DNA of 63,148 nucleotides, filler included, from Stramenopiles sp. TOSAG23-3 (lineage: Eukaryota): the NCBI GenBank assembly GCA_900128585.1. It is 6 parts of 6 records of this genome, joined end to end, with 100 filler letters (N's around TTAATTAATTAA, not from the genome) between each part and the next. Parts side by side here need not be neighbours in the genome. Positions count along the whole stretch, not along the records: positions 12,296 to 24,487 come from LT642701.1; positions 24,588 to 36,763 come from LT642702.1; 4 more parts are not named here. The stretch is one strand, 5' to 3'. Below, in pieces: positions 21,799 to 31,600 of this stretch. A program made the position numbers and the translations under genes. Under the pieces are notes generated by a model. The model saw nothing but the letters and a program-made list of their open reading frames with translations, was not told the origin of the DNA and searched no databases. Position 1 is the stretch's first letter. Each line of letters opens with the position of its first letter.

Positions 21799-24243
21799 TT
21801 ACACCCACGGAGACCTTTTATCCAGTACTGGGTTGGGCCCCAGCCAAAATTCTAGGCGCACAACCCCCCCGGGCACATTCAATTCGCCCCAGTGCAAAAT
21901 GGGCCCAGAGATATTTCTGCCGTTAAGAGTCCCGTGTTGGATGTAAACGTTAGATTCGTCCGTGGCTCCATGGGCTACAATGTTGATGTTCGATGCCCAC
22001 GGGCGGACTACCGTGGCATTGGAAAAGGACGGGGACCCAATGACGAATTGGTCTGTTCCTGCCAAAGGGTAAAACCCTAGAGATGCCCACAGGTACCATG
22101 CAGACATGGTACCGTAATCATCGTTCCCTGGAAGACCATCTTTTCCCGAACTTCCGTACACGTTCTTGCCGAGCCATCTTGTCCAGAACGCCGTCTTCGA
22201 CTGCCGACCCGCAAACGGAAACAGCCACGGCGCCAGCAGGTCCGGTTCATTCCCAGCCCAGTAGTACGAATTCGCAAGAAAAGTCCCAAAGACCCACTTG
22301 CCCCCCTGTTTCGGAGACCGCGAGTTGCCTATAAAATCATCCAAAGTGCCGACGAAGGATGCGTTGTTGTTGAAAAGCTGGACTAGCCCGCGCGGATCGT
22401 GGGGCACGAACCACAGCCATTGAAGCGCGTCTCCCTCCGTGTAATCGTGCTCAAAAGGGTAGGGCGTTCGTGCCTCCCTTGCGGACGGACACTTGACTGT
22501 CCCGTTCTTCGATCGAGGGCACATCAGCTTTGCATCCGAGGACCACAACTTCCTAAACGCGTTCCTAGAACGGTTGTAGAACTCGCTTGCGTCCAGTTCC
22601 AGCCCAAGAGACCCCGCCAGGGTAGATATGACACTGTCGTCGAAGGCGTACGCCAGGGTCAACGATACGGAGTGGCTGTCGTCCTCCGACGGCACATACC
22701 CAAACGTGAGGTAGTCTTTCACAGAGCTTCTCCCCCCGTGAGGACGCGGTGTTGTTGCCGCTAGCTTCATCTTCTCGTAGACGAACGTTTTGTTCAGTTT
22801 CCCCGCTTGCCCCTTTACCACCGCCTCAACTAGCGAGACCATGCCGTGGTTTCCAATCATACAGCCAGTGTAGACGTTCGCAAGGGGCCACCGTGGCAAA
22901 TCGCCGCCGGCTCTGGCCATTTCCTGCATGGACGCAACGACATCTTCATAGACTTCTGGTTTGGTTAAACTGAGCCACGGGAACTGAGTCCGATGGACGT
23001 CCCATAGGCTCATGTCCGTGTAAGCAAATTTCCTTTTGTCGCCGGAGACATCGCCCACTCGGCGAACGTGGTCGTCCATCCCGCGATACACGCCACCATA
23101 CTCGGAGAACGTGGTGGGAGCCTTGTAGCTGTTGTACAACGACGAGTAAAACTTGGTCATCGATTCGTCGCTGGCGCTTCCCCCGTTTTCGTTTTCAATC
23201 AGCACGCTTCCCAAACAATCGTTCCAAACCTTTCTCGTGCTTTCAACCAGAGCATCAAACGGGACCGCGTGCTTTGGCGTACCGTTCTTGCCCATGTTCA
23301 GCAAATTCACCAGGGCTTGGTCCTGGCTAACGAACGATAGTGCCACATTTGCCGTTACGAAATCCTTCCCCCCTCCTCTGCTTGGGCATTTCGTGAATAG
23401 AAACGTGCCCAGCGATCCGGTTTTAGACTGTGCGCGTGTTGAGGCTTTACCCAGAAGTTTTCCATTCTGCCATAGCCTTGCCTGTGCGCCACCTGGGAAA
23501 TGAAGATCTGCCGACAGGAACATTGCTACCCCTCCCGAGTCGGCGCGTTTCGTAAGGGACCCCGCCATGACCATGGAGGCGTTGACGCGCAGCGAGGTTT
23601 CGCCAAGTTGGCTTACAGCAACAGTCGCAGTTTTGCACGATTTATCCCCATCGTTCATCGCAGTGTGACACACGTCCAACAGCACACCACACGTCGATTC
23701 ATTCAAGGTTTGCATCCAAGTGTACTTGTGAGAGCCAGTGTGGGTGGACGTCGCGACAAGTTCAGCTTTGGCCGACGCTGGGCTCCCTAACTCAACTCTG
23801 TAATACCCAGGCTCTGCGTGTTCAGTATCGTGGGAAAATTTGGCAGAATGGCCACTGGCTCTGGTCAACACCTGTTCGAGCTGAGAGTCTGAAATTTTAC
23901 TGCTCAGAACCAGGGGCAGAGCCCCGAAATTCCCGAAATCTCCGACCCCGGCACCAACCATGTGCGTGTGACTAAAAGCGCGAATGTAGCGGTCTTCAAA
24001 GTTGTAGCCACCGAAATGATCAAAAGAGAAGACTGCATCCTTTCCAAATATTTTAGCTGTAGTGTCAGGGCCTAAGCGCAATGCACCGAAAGGAAATTGG
24101 GCGCCCGGATTTTGCCCACCGCTTCCAAAGCCACTCCCCCCCGAACCGATGAGAGGGTTCGCATACGAATTTGTTTGGGCTCTCGGTGACCCAAAAGTCA
24201 ATCCCGCCAATAATAGCACGGAGTGCAACAAACAGGACTTCAT
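21799..24243 (-). CDS. Secreted/lysosomal GH92 alpha-mannosidase
   Basis: Signal peptide; GH92 motifs PGAQFPFGALRLGPDT, FSHTHMVGAG, SLWDVHRT, YTEGD, YWAGNEPD, PGNDDYGTMSAWYLWASLGFYP. Confidence 0.93.
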   Translation of the reverse strand: MKSCLLHSVLLLAGLTFGSPRAQTNSYANPLIGSGGSGFGSGGQNPGAQFPFGALRLGPDTTAKIFGKDAVFSFDHFGGYNFEDRYIRAFSHTHMVGAGVGDFGNFGALPLVLSSKISDSQLEQVLTRASGHSAKFSHDTEHAEPGYYRVELGSPASAKAELVATSTHTGSHKYTWMQTLNESTCGVLLDVCHTAMNDGDKSCKTATVAVSQLGETSLRVNASMVMAGSLTKRADSGGVAMFLSADLHFPGGAQARLWQNGKLLGKASTRAQSKTGSLGTFLFTKCPSRGGGKDFVTANVALSFVSQDQALVNLLNMGKNGTPKHAVPFDALVESTRKVWNDCLGSVLIENENGGSASDESMTKFYSSLYNSYKAPTTFSEYGGVYRGMDDHVRRVGDVSGDKRKFAYTDMSLWDVHRTQFPWLSLTKPEVYEDVVASMQEMARAGGDLPRWPLANVYTGCMIGNHGMVSLVEAVVKGQAGKLNKTFVYEKMKLAATTPRPHGGRSSVKDYLTFGYVPSEDDSHSVSLTLAYAFDDSVISTLAGSLGLELDASEFYNRSRNAFRKLWSSDAKLMCPRSKNGTVKCPSAREARTPYPFEHDYTEGDALQWLWFVPHDPRGLVQLFNNNASFVGTLDDFIGNSRSPKQGGKWVFGTFLANSYYWAGNEPDLLAPWLFPFAGRQSKTAFWTRWLGKNVYGSSGKDGLPGNDDYGTMSAWYLWASLGFYPLAGTDQFVIGSPSFSNATVVRPWASNINIVAHGATDESNVYIQHGTLNGRNISGPILHWGELNVPGGVVRLEFWLGPNPVLDKRSPWV

Positions 24244-24487
24244 CTAGCCCTTTTCCCTGGTACGTCGTACACCCATTCTCTTCCCCGTTACTAAAGGGCT
24301 TCTTTATCGTTTCTCTTTTTATTGACGAACGGAACTTTTCCTTTAAAAAAAGGAAGAAAATGGTTTTTTAAAAATTATTGTGATGTTTTTGAAATAATAA
24401 TAGCTCTACTAATAAATAATAGTCTAATAATAATATTATAATAATAGTAGACGACTAACAATAACACGTCGTAGTAATAAAATAAAA

Positions 24488-24587
24488 NNNNNNNNNNNNN
24501 NNNNNNNNNNNNNNNNNNNNNNNNNNNNNNNTTAATTAATTAANNNNNNNNNNNNNNNNNNNNNNNNNNNNNNNNNNNNNNNNNNNN
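24488..24587. other. Artificial contig linker
   Basis: N44-TTAATTAATTAA-N44. Confidence 0.98.
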
Positions 24588-27500
24588 GTAAAAATTGCCG
24601 CCGCAGGTGGAATTGAAAGTATCCTAAACGCGATGAAACAACATGCACAACATGAATCAGTGCAAGTACAGGGGTGTGGTGCACTTTGGAACCTTGCTGT
24701 CAAAAATGCTGACAACAAAGTAAAAATTGCCGCCGCGGGTGGAATTGCAGACCTAATCAACTTAGCTAGAAAAAAACACCCACGGAGTGCCAATATCATG
24801 AATCATAGCAAAAGATTGCTAGAATACATTGGCGCCCCACTGGATACCTTTTCCCCTGCATTCTTTGAAACAGGCCCTGTAAAAGATTGGCTGGAATCAA
24901 TAAGTTTTGGAGTGTACTACCAAAACTTCAAAGCTGATGGCTACGATGATCTAGAAACAATTGGCACAATGACGGTGGAAGATTTCAAAGACATCGGCAT
25001 CACAAAAGGTGGCCACATAAAAAAGTTAATGAGATCCCTCACCACTCTGCAAGCAACGGGGCTCGGCCAGAACAGCAATAGCGACGCGGTAATTAAAAAA
25101 TTCGAAATGATTCAAACGCTGCATTCGAAAATCGAAGGAGCATGGCAAATAACGACCGTTGAGCATTTGCTATCTACCGTCTTACCGTCGTCAAACGGAG
25201 AACGCCAAATCGCCCTGTCCACGCCCGTTGGCGACTCTCAGCTTCTTCCAATCTCTTTCTCTGTGTGGCACGGGGCAAGCGTGGAAGTAGTATATTTTCT
25301 TTATACCCTGTACCGGCCAAGCTTGATTTGGACAAGCCCACGTTCCAAGTGGACATTGCTGCACTACGCTGCGCACTTCAAAAGGGACCATTTACTGCCG
25401 TTGTTGATCGCATTAGATTCAAAGCAAGGATGGTTGAAGAAAAACAACAAAGGCGCAACGGCGCTGGACCTCGCCAACCGTTCGATGCACCAAGTTTCTG
25501 TCAAACACTTAGCAAACACCCCCCGCGCAATCCAACAGTTTCAAGACACGTATCCAACGATTGCGTCAGAAATTACAGAAAACCGAGCGGCAGCAGCCAA
25601 AGAGTTGGCGGAAAAAGACAAATCTTTGGAATTGGCCAGGAAACGACAATCGGAAGAAATGAAATTAGCTAAAAAACAGGCGTACGAGGAAGAGCTTCGA
25701 CGGATCGAGGCGGAGAAACTAAAACGAGAGAAGGAAGAAGAAGAACGGCGAGCAGCAGAGCAAAAACGCGCACTTGACCAAGCCAAGCAGGACGCCATCG
25801 AACAAGCCAAAAGGGACGCTGCAGAAAAAGCTGCCGAGGCTGAGCGCGAGCGCCTTCGTTTAGAAATGAAAGCAAAGTACGAGCAAGAATTGAAAGAACA
25901 GCAGCAGCGGGAGATTGAAGCGGAAGCAAAAGCCAAAGCGGAGAGAATCCGGAAAGAAGCCGAACATGCCAAACAGGATTTAATCGAAGCAGAAAACGCC
26001 AAACGCGCAGTCAAACTATGGTTGAGTGGGTTGAACTTGTCCATGTACTATGATACAATGATAAACGAAGGGTACGACGATCTAAACACAGTGCGCTCCA
26101 TTACAGAAGAGTCATTAGCAGCAATGGGGATTGAGAAAGTGGGGCACGTGGCAAAATTGACAAATGCAATACGGGCGTTGTCCAACCGCTACAGTGCTAT
26201 GTCCACAGCATCGTCCGGAAGCGGGTCAATTGCTTCGGCAAATGATGTGGGTAAGATTGTTTTGAATTACAATTTTCAAATACGTGGTCGAAATCTTTCA
26301 AAACGAAAGGGGACAAAAGTGGTTTTAGCAAACACAAACGATGCACAGAACACTCCGCTAGTCGCAAAATTGACCAAATCGTCGACCCTGGAGCGGGAGG
26401 CACAGGTCCTTCGGTTGCTGAAGGCAAAACACGGGGACTCAGCAAATGAATACGTGGTCAAATTGTACGATTACATTGAAAACTACGACCATGACGGCAC
26501 TAGCGCTCTGGTCCTAGAACGTGGCGTTGACCATCGTGGAACCTTGGCCGACCGCTTTGCCTCGCACCACGACAAACAACCCTTCATACAAAAAATTTCC
26601 GTGGCGTACGAGATATTGCAAATTGGCCAATTTATTCACCAGGCAGGCTTAGTATGGGGAGATGTAAAGCCTGGGAATTTTGTCTGCTTCAACGTGAACA
26701 ACGCATTCCGTTACAAAGCAATCGATTTCGACAGCTGCTTTTATTCCACCGTAAACGCGGACAACGGTGCCGCCCCGTCATTAGGCAGCGAGATTCCATT
26801 CAGCTCAGAGATACCATCTCTTGAAATGCTGGTCACACCAGGGTTTATCGCCCCAGAGCGTGCTGAAATGTTGGCGCTGCAGAAGGAAGAGACCTCGGAC
26901 ACCGGCAAAGTGTTTCCTGCGATCGGCAGCAAGCAAGACGTTTTCATCTTTGGGTTAATTTTGTACCGCCTGTTTACAGGGGAAGAGTACTTTCCCAGCG
27001 AGCAGGTTGAAAACGGTGAGTATGAAAAGATTTTAGCTAGCCAGAACTTCAAGCCTGTTTTCCCCAAAAGTCTGCGGGGGGATGTGCGAAAAATTCTGGG
27101 AGAAATGATGCGCCGTGATCCCATCGATCGAGCGTCGTTCGATCAGATTCTGAACCATTCCGTGTGGAACTCTGAATCAAGTGTAAGAATGTCCACCATT
27201 GTAAACAGGCTGGATTCGGTGGAGCAGAAGATTTTGGAGAGCATTGAAGATGGGTTTGGCCGCGTTGAAGATCAGTTGGAGGGGTTGGGGCAAAAAATGG
27301 ACAGTGTCTTCCAGCTCATTGTGAATTTGCAAAACAGTAAGTACCCATACTTCTGCTTCTGCCTTCCCGAAGTGCGCGAAAACGGGGGCGGCATGTTCGA
27401 GTGGGTCGATGCAATCAAGAAGGGCACCCTGGAAAGAATTGGGTGGTCGCGCTACTTTCGTTTTTATGTTCTTGACGAAGGACCGATGTTGCTCCCTGGA

Positions 27501-28367
27501 CTGTGCAAGGAGCTGGACGAGCCGTTACCCGACAAGAAAGGTATTGGTGTGGAGCTGCCTGGAGCACTCCTGAAGAAGATCGCACCGTACATGTACTTCA
27601 TGTCGAAGATGATTGCCATGGCCGTCAAGGTCGGCAAGTACATACCAATGGCACGGCCGTTGACGGACGCAATCAACTTTGACTTACTATCGGACAGTTT
27701 TAAGCTGATTGTGGGAGTTACAGGGCAAATGAAGAAGGTGGAAGGGTACATAAAGAAATTTGAAACGAACATGAAAACCATTGCAAAACAAGACAAAATG
27801 ACAAAGGCAGCCCGCGGTGAAGATTCTACGATGGCAGTTCAGGCGCTGGAAGTGATGGAACAGGTTTTTGGAAAAGACGGATTTGGCGAAAAGGGTTGGA
27901 AGAAGTTTGTGACCAGTGGAAAGATTAAAAAGGTCTATCGTAAAAGTGATGGTTCCATCCATTGGGTGGCGGCGGCGCACGTTTCATCGCTCGAGAAACA
28001 TGGGTATGCCGTTGACCAACGGTTGGGATTGATGGGCGATGGCGGAGGCAACGGAGGAAAGCCGACAGCATCAAAACAACAGAAACTGTCAAAGGAGGAG
28101 GCAATCGCTTACCATGGATTTCATGTGAACAAGTCAAGCTGGAAACCAAACGGCTCTTCAAACGTTTGCTCAAATTGTGACGTAAAATTTACGTTTGTAA
28201 AGCGACGGCACCATTGCAGAAAATGTGGGGAGCTTGTGTGTGGTAAGTGCAGCACACAAAATGTTTATGTTGCAGACATAGGCGGCAGAAAATTGCGAGT
28301 GTGCGATGCATGCTTTGGCATGAAGAGTTGGGTTGAGTGGAAAAATTTATCCGTGGGAGGAAAGTGA
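24588..28367 (+). CDS. 5'-truncated multidomain protein: ARM repeats - SAM - ankyrin - coiled coil - SAM - atypical protein kinase - unknown domain - FYVE
   Basis: Frame open from the contig edge; ARM (VQVQGCGALWNLA); SAMs (WLESISFGVYYQNFKADGYDDL..GITKGGHIKKL; WLSGLNLSMYYDTMINEGYDDL..GHVAKL); ANK (WTLLHYAAH, GATALDLA); kinase VAK, WGDVKPGN, IDFD, TPGFIAPE; FYVE W..CSNC..F..RRHHCRKCG.LVC.KCS..RVCDAC. Confidence 0.9.
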   Translation, partial: VKIAAAGGIESILNAMKQHAQHESVQVQGCGALWNLAVKNADNKVKIAAAGGIADLINLARKKHPRSANIMNHSKRLLEYIGAPLDTFSPAFFETGPVKDWLESISFGVYYQNFKADGYDDLETIGTMTVEDFKDIGITKGGHIKKLMRSLTTLQATGLGQNSNSDAVIKKFEMIQTLHSKIEGAWQITTVEHLLSTVLPSSNGERQIALSTPVGDSQLLPISFSVWHGASVEVVYFLYTLYRPSLIWTSPRSKWTLLHYAAHFKRDHLLPLLIALDSKQGWLKKNNKGATALDLANRSMHQVSVKHLANTPRAIQQFQDTYPTIASEITENRAAAAKELAEKDKSLELARKRQSEEMKLAKKQAYEEELRRIEAEKLKREKEEEERRAAEQKRALDQAKQDAIEQAKRDAAEKAAEAERERLRLEMKAKYEQELKEQQQREIEAEAKAKAERIRKEAEHAKQDLIEAENAKRAVKLWLSGLNLSMYYDTMINEGYDDLNTVRSITEESLAAMGIEKVGHVAKLTNAIRALSNRYSAMSTASSGSGSIASANDVGKIVLNYNFQIRGRNLSKRKGTKVVLANTNDAQNTPLVAKLTKSSTLEREAQVLRLLKAKHGDSANEYVVKLYDYIENYDHDGTSALVLERGVDHRGTLADRFASHHDKQPFIQKISVAYEILQIGQFIHQAGLVWGDVKPGNFVCFNVNNAFRYKAIDFDSCFYSTVNADNGAAPSLGSEIPFSSEIPSLEMLVTPGFIAPERAEMLALQKEETSDTGKVFPAIGSKQDVFIFGLILYRLFTGEEYFPSEQVENGEYEKILASQNFKPVFPKSLRGDVRKILGEMMRRDPIDRASFDQILNHSVWNSESSVRMSTIVNRLDSVEQKILESIEDGFGRVEDQLEGLGQKMDSVFQLIVNLQNSKYPYFCFCLPEVRENGGGMFEWVDAIKKGTLERIGWSRYFRFYVLDEGPMLLPGLCKELDEPLPDKKGIGVELPGALLKKIAPYMYFMSKMIAMAVKVGKYIPMARPLTDAINFDLLSDSFKLIVGVTGQMKKVEGYIKKFETNMKTIAKQDKMTKAARGEDSTMAVQALEVMEQVFGKDGFGEKGWKKFVTSGKIKKVYRKSDGSIHWVAAAHVSSLEKHGYAVDQRLGLMGDGGGNGGKPTASKQQKLSKEEAIAYHGFHVNKSSWKPNGSSNVCSNCDVKFTFVKRRHHCRKCGELVCGKCSTQNVYVADIGGRKLRVCDACFGMKSWVEWKNLSVGGK

Positions 28368-28480
28368 AAAAAGAATGAAAAGAGGTGGGTATTTTATTGA
28401 TTATTAAAATCTCACGAGCAGAGAGATAACTTCGCAGTGTTATTTATATTAAAGAAGATAAATTTTGAGTTAGGATGATT

Positions 28481-28535
28481 AGGGTATGAGGAAGCTAAAT
28501 TTAATTACTTAAATAACAGCCAATTTTTCGTTTTT
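28481..28535 (-). repeat. Dispersed 3'-flank element copy
   Basis: AGGGTATGAGGAAGCTAAATTTAATTACTTAAATAACAGCCAATTT is near-identical to 11628-11684 on another contig. Confidence 0.85.
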
Positions 28536-28690
28536 AAAAAGAGGTGGAGGGTGTTGTAGAATAGAGGCGCATGGGTGAAGTAATTATTTTACGAGAACGT
28601 GTTAGTGAAAACACACATACTGATTGAAAATAATTAAGGAAAATATCTCCTCCGTGCGCCTCGCGAGCCATGACCCTCGTCCTCCCCCTC

Positions 28691-31600
28691 CTAGTTGGTC
28701 CCTGCGGCTTCCAACTTGACTGTGATATCGTCCACACCGACATTGCTACTCTTCAGCGTAAGCTCAATCTTCCCGTCCGCAATGTCAAAGATTTCGCTGC
28801 CTAGAACGCTCACATCGGCGGGAAGATTGGCCAGGGGGACCATGGTGGTCCTGATCGTTTCCTTGACCATGCCCATGTTGGCCTTCAGGGCGGCCTCGAT
28901 GGCGGTGGAGGCAGCGTCGTCAGAAATCTTGTAGAAGACTTCCACCTCATCCCCCACGCGAAGGCCGAGGGTTTTGCGGAGTTTCTGAACCCGGCTAATA
29001 ACTTCCCTTGCCACGTACGTCTGCCGCATGGCATCGTCCGCGCGGGTGTCAATGATCACCACGATGTCCCCGGCCTTGGTGGTCTGGGCTTCGTAGACTT
29101 TTTTGTCGCCCGAAAATTCACGGTGGATCACGAGCTCCCCTGTCAGGACTTCGCAGCCCGCAAGCTCGATCTTGCCGTCGTCTTCGAACTGGATGATTTG
29201 CTCGTGGGTCAACTTTCCAATCTCCTTGCGGACTTTCCCAAAGCTCTTCCCTAGCTTCCTCCCAAGAATTTTGTTGTCCGCCACCGCCTTGAACTTGCAC
29301 CATTTTCCCTCCTCGTTGGTGGCTTCCACGTCCATGCACGTCAGCTCCGTCTTGATGTAATGGCGCAATTTTTCCACGGCCGCAAGCTTGGCCGGGTTCC
29401 GGCTCACGACGATGATCTTTGCGAGCGGCATCTTCATGGAGATGCTGCGGCGCTCGCGCACGACGCGGCCAAGGTCGACGATATCCTGCAGGACGGAGAC
29501 CTGCCCCTCGATTTCATCGTCGAGGCGGGATGGGTCGAATTTCGGGACGTTCTCGAAGTGCACACTTGCGGACGGGTCCAACGTCTTCTCGGTCGATTTC
29601 GCAGTGGCAATGCCGCCCAAAATGCGCAAGTGCTGGTATATGTACTCCGCAAAGTAGGGAGTGAACGGCGCCATGATGCGGGATAGGGTCAGCAGTACCT
29701 CGTACAGGGTCGAGAGCGCCCTGCCCGTGTCCTCCGGGCCATCGCTCCCCTTGAGCCGGGGACGGTTGAGGCGGACGTACCACTTCGTCAATTGCTCGAT
29801 GAACTTTACCAGGGCCGGGATCACCGTGTACAGCCGGTACGCTTTCATTTCTTCGTGCACGTACTTGATCAGGTTGTGCAGCGAGGCTTGGATCCAGAAG
29901 TCCATCAGGTTCGTCGACTTCTTCGCCTGCTCCGAGGAGGGCGTGAAGCCTTTGCCGGTCGTGTTCTGGAGGCGGGACACGTTCTGGAACATAAAGCGAA
30001 AGGCGTTGTACCACGGAAGGAACAGGTCGCGAAGGACGGACTTTACGCCGTCTTCCCGAAACTTCAGCTCCTCCGCCCGAACGACGGGGGAGTTGATCAG
30101 GTACAGGCGGAGGGCGTCCGCGCCGTACTTGTTGACGACGATCTTCGGGTCCGGGTAGTTCATCAGCCGCTTGCTCATCTTCTTCCCGTCTTCCGCCAGA
30201 ACCAGGCCGTTGACGACCAGGTTCTTGAACGCTGGCTTGTCGAAGAGGGCCGTGGAGATGACCATCAGCGTGTAGAACCACCCGCGGGTTTGGTCCAGGC
30301 CTTCCGCAATAAAGTCGGCCGGGAAGCCTTTCTCGAACGTCTCCTTGTTCTCGAAGGGGTAGTGCTGCTGGGCGTACGGCATGCTGCCGCTCTCGAACCA
30401 GCAGTCCATGACTTCCGGGACGCGTCGCAGGACCCCCTTGCCCATCTTGGACGGGATGGTCAGGTCGTCGATGTTCTCACGGTGGATGTCTTCGACTTTT
30501 GTCCCGGTCAGCTCCTCCAGCTCCGCGATGGACCCGACGCACACGGATTCCTCCCCGTCGTCGCTCACCCAGATCGGGAGCGGGGTACCCCAGTACCTGT
30601 TCCTGCTGACGCACCAGTCGCGCGCGTTGCTCAGCCAGTTGTGGAACCGGCCCTCTTTGACCGAGCGGGGGACCCAGTACGTCCCTTCGGTGTTGTTCTT
30701 GATCAGCTTGTCCTTGATGGAGGTGACGTCGATGAACCACGACGGGATGACGCGGTAGATAAGCGGGGTATCGGACCGCCAGCAGAACGGGTAGCTATGC
30801 TTGATGGCGCTCTTCTTGATCAAGCGGCCGCGGGACTTCAGCTCGGCGCAGATCCCTTCGTCGGCCGCCTTCACGTGCTGGCCGACGAACCCCTTGACTT
30901 CCTCGGTGAAGTTTCCGTTCGCATCGAGTGGGCAAGGGATGGGCTCGCCCTTCTCAATGACCCCGTGGGCCATGCAGACCCGGTAGTCATCTTCTCCAAA
31001 GGCCGGGGCCTGGTGGACGACCCCGGTGCCGCTGCTGTCGTCGACGTACGCGTCCGTGCAGACCACGAAGCTCCCGTTGCCGGCCCGGTCGCCGAAGTAG
31101 TCGAAGAGGGGGGTGTAGGCCAGGCCCTTGAGCTCGGACCCTTTGTACTTTTGGACGACCTCGAACTCTCCCCCTTTGTACTTCTTGCCCTTCTTGATGC
31201 CTGGGTACATTTCGCACAGGCGGGTCTCCATCAATATGTACACCTTTTCCGTCTTCAGGTCCTTGTACTTGACGTAGACCATTTCCGGGTTCACGCAGAG
31301 GGCCAAGTTGCTGGGGAGCGTCCACGGGGTGGTCGTCCACGCCAAGAAGGCCACGTCGGGGTCGCTGACCAGCGGGAAGGACACGACGACCGCCGGGTCG
31401 TTGACGTCCTTGTAGTTTTGGGAGGCCTCGAAGTTCGACAGGGGGGTGTTCAGGACCGTACTGTACGGCATGACCTTGAAGCCCTTGTACACGAGGCCTT
31501 TCTTCCATATTTCCGAGAACGTCCACCACACGCTCTCCATGAACCACGGCTCCATGGTCTTGTAGTCGTTCTCCATGTCGATCCACCGGCCGAGGCGCTT

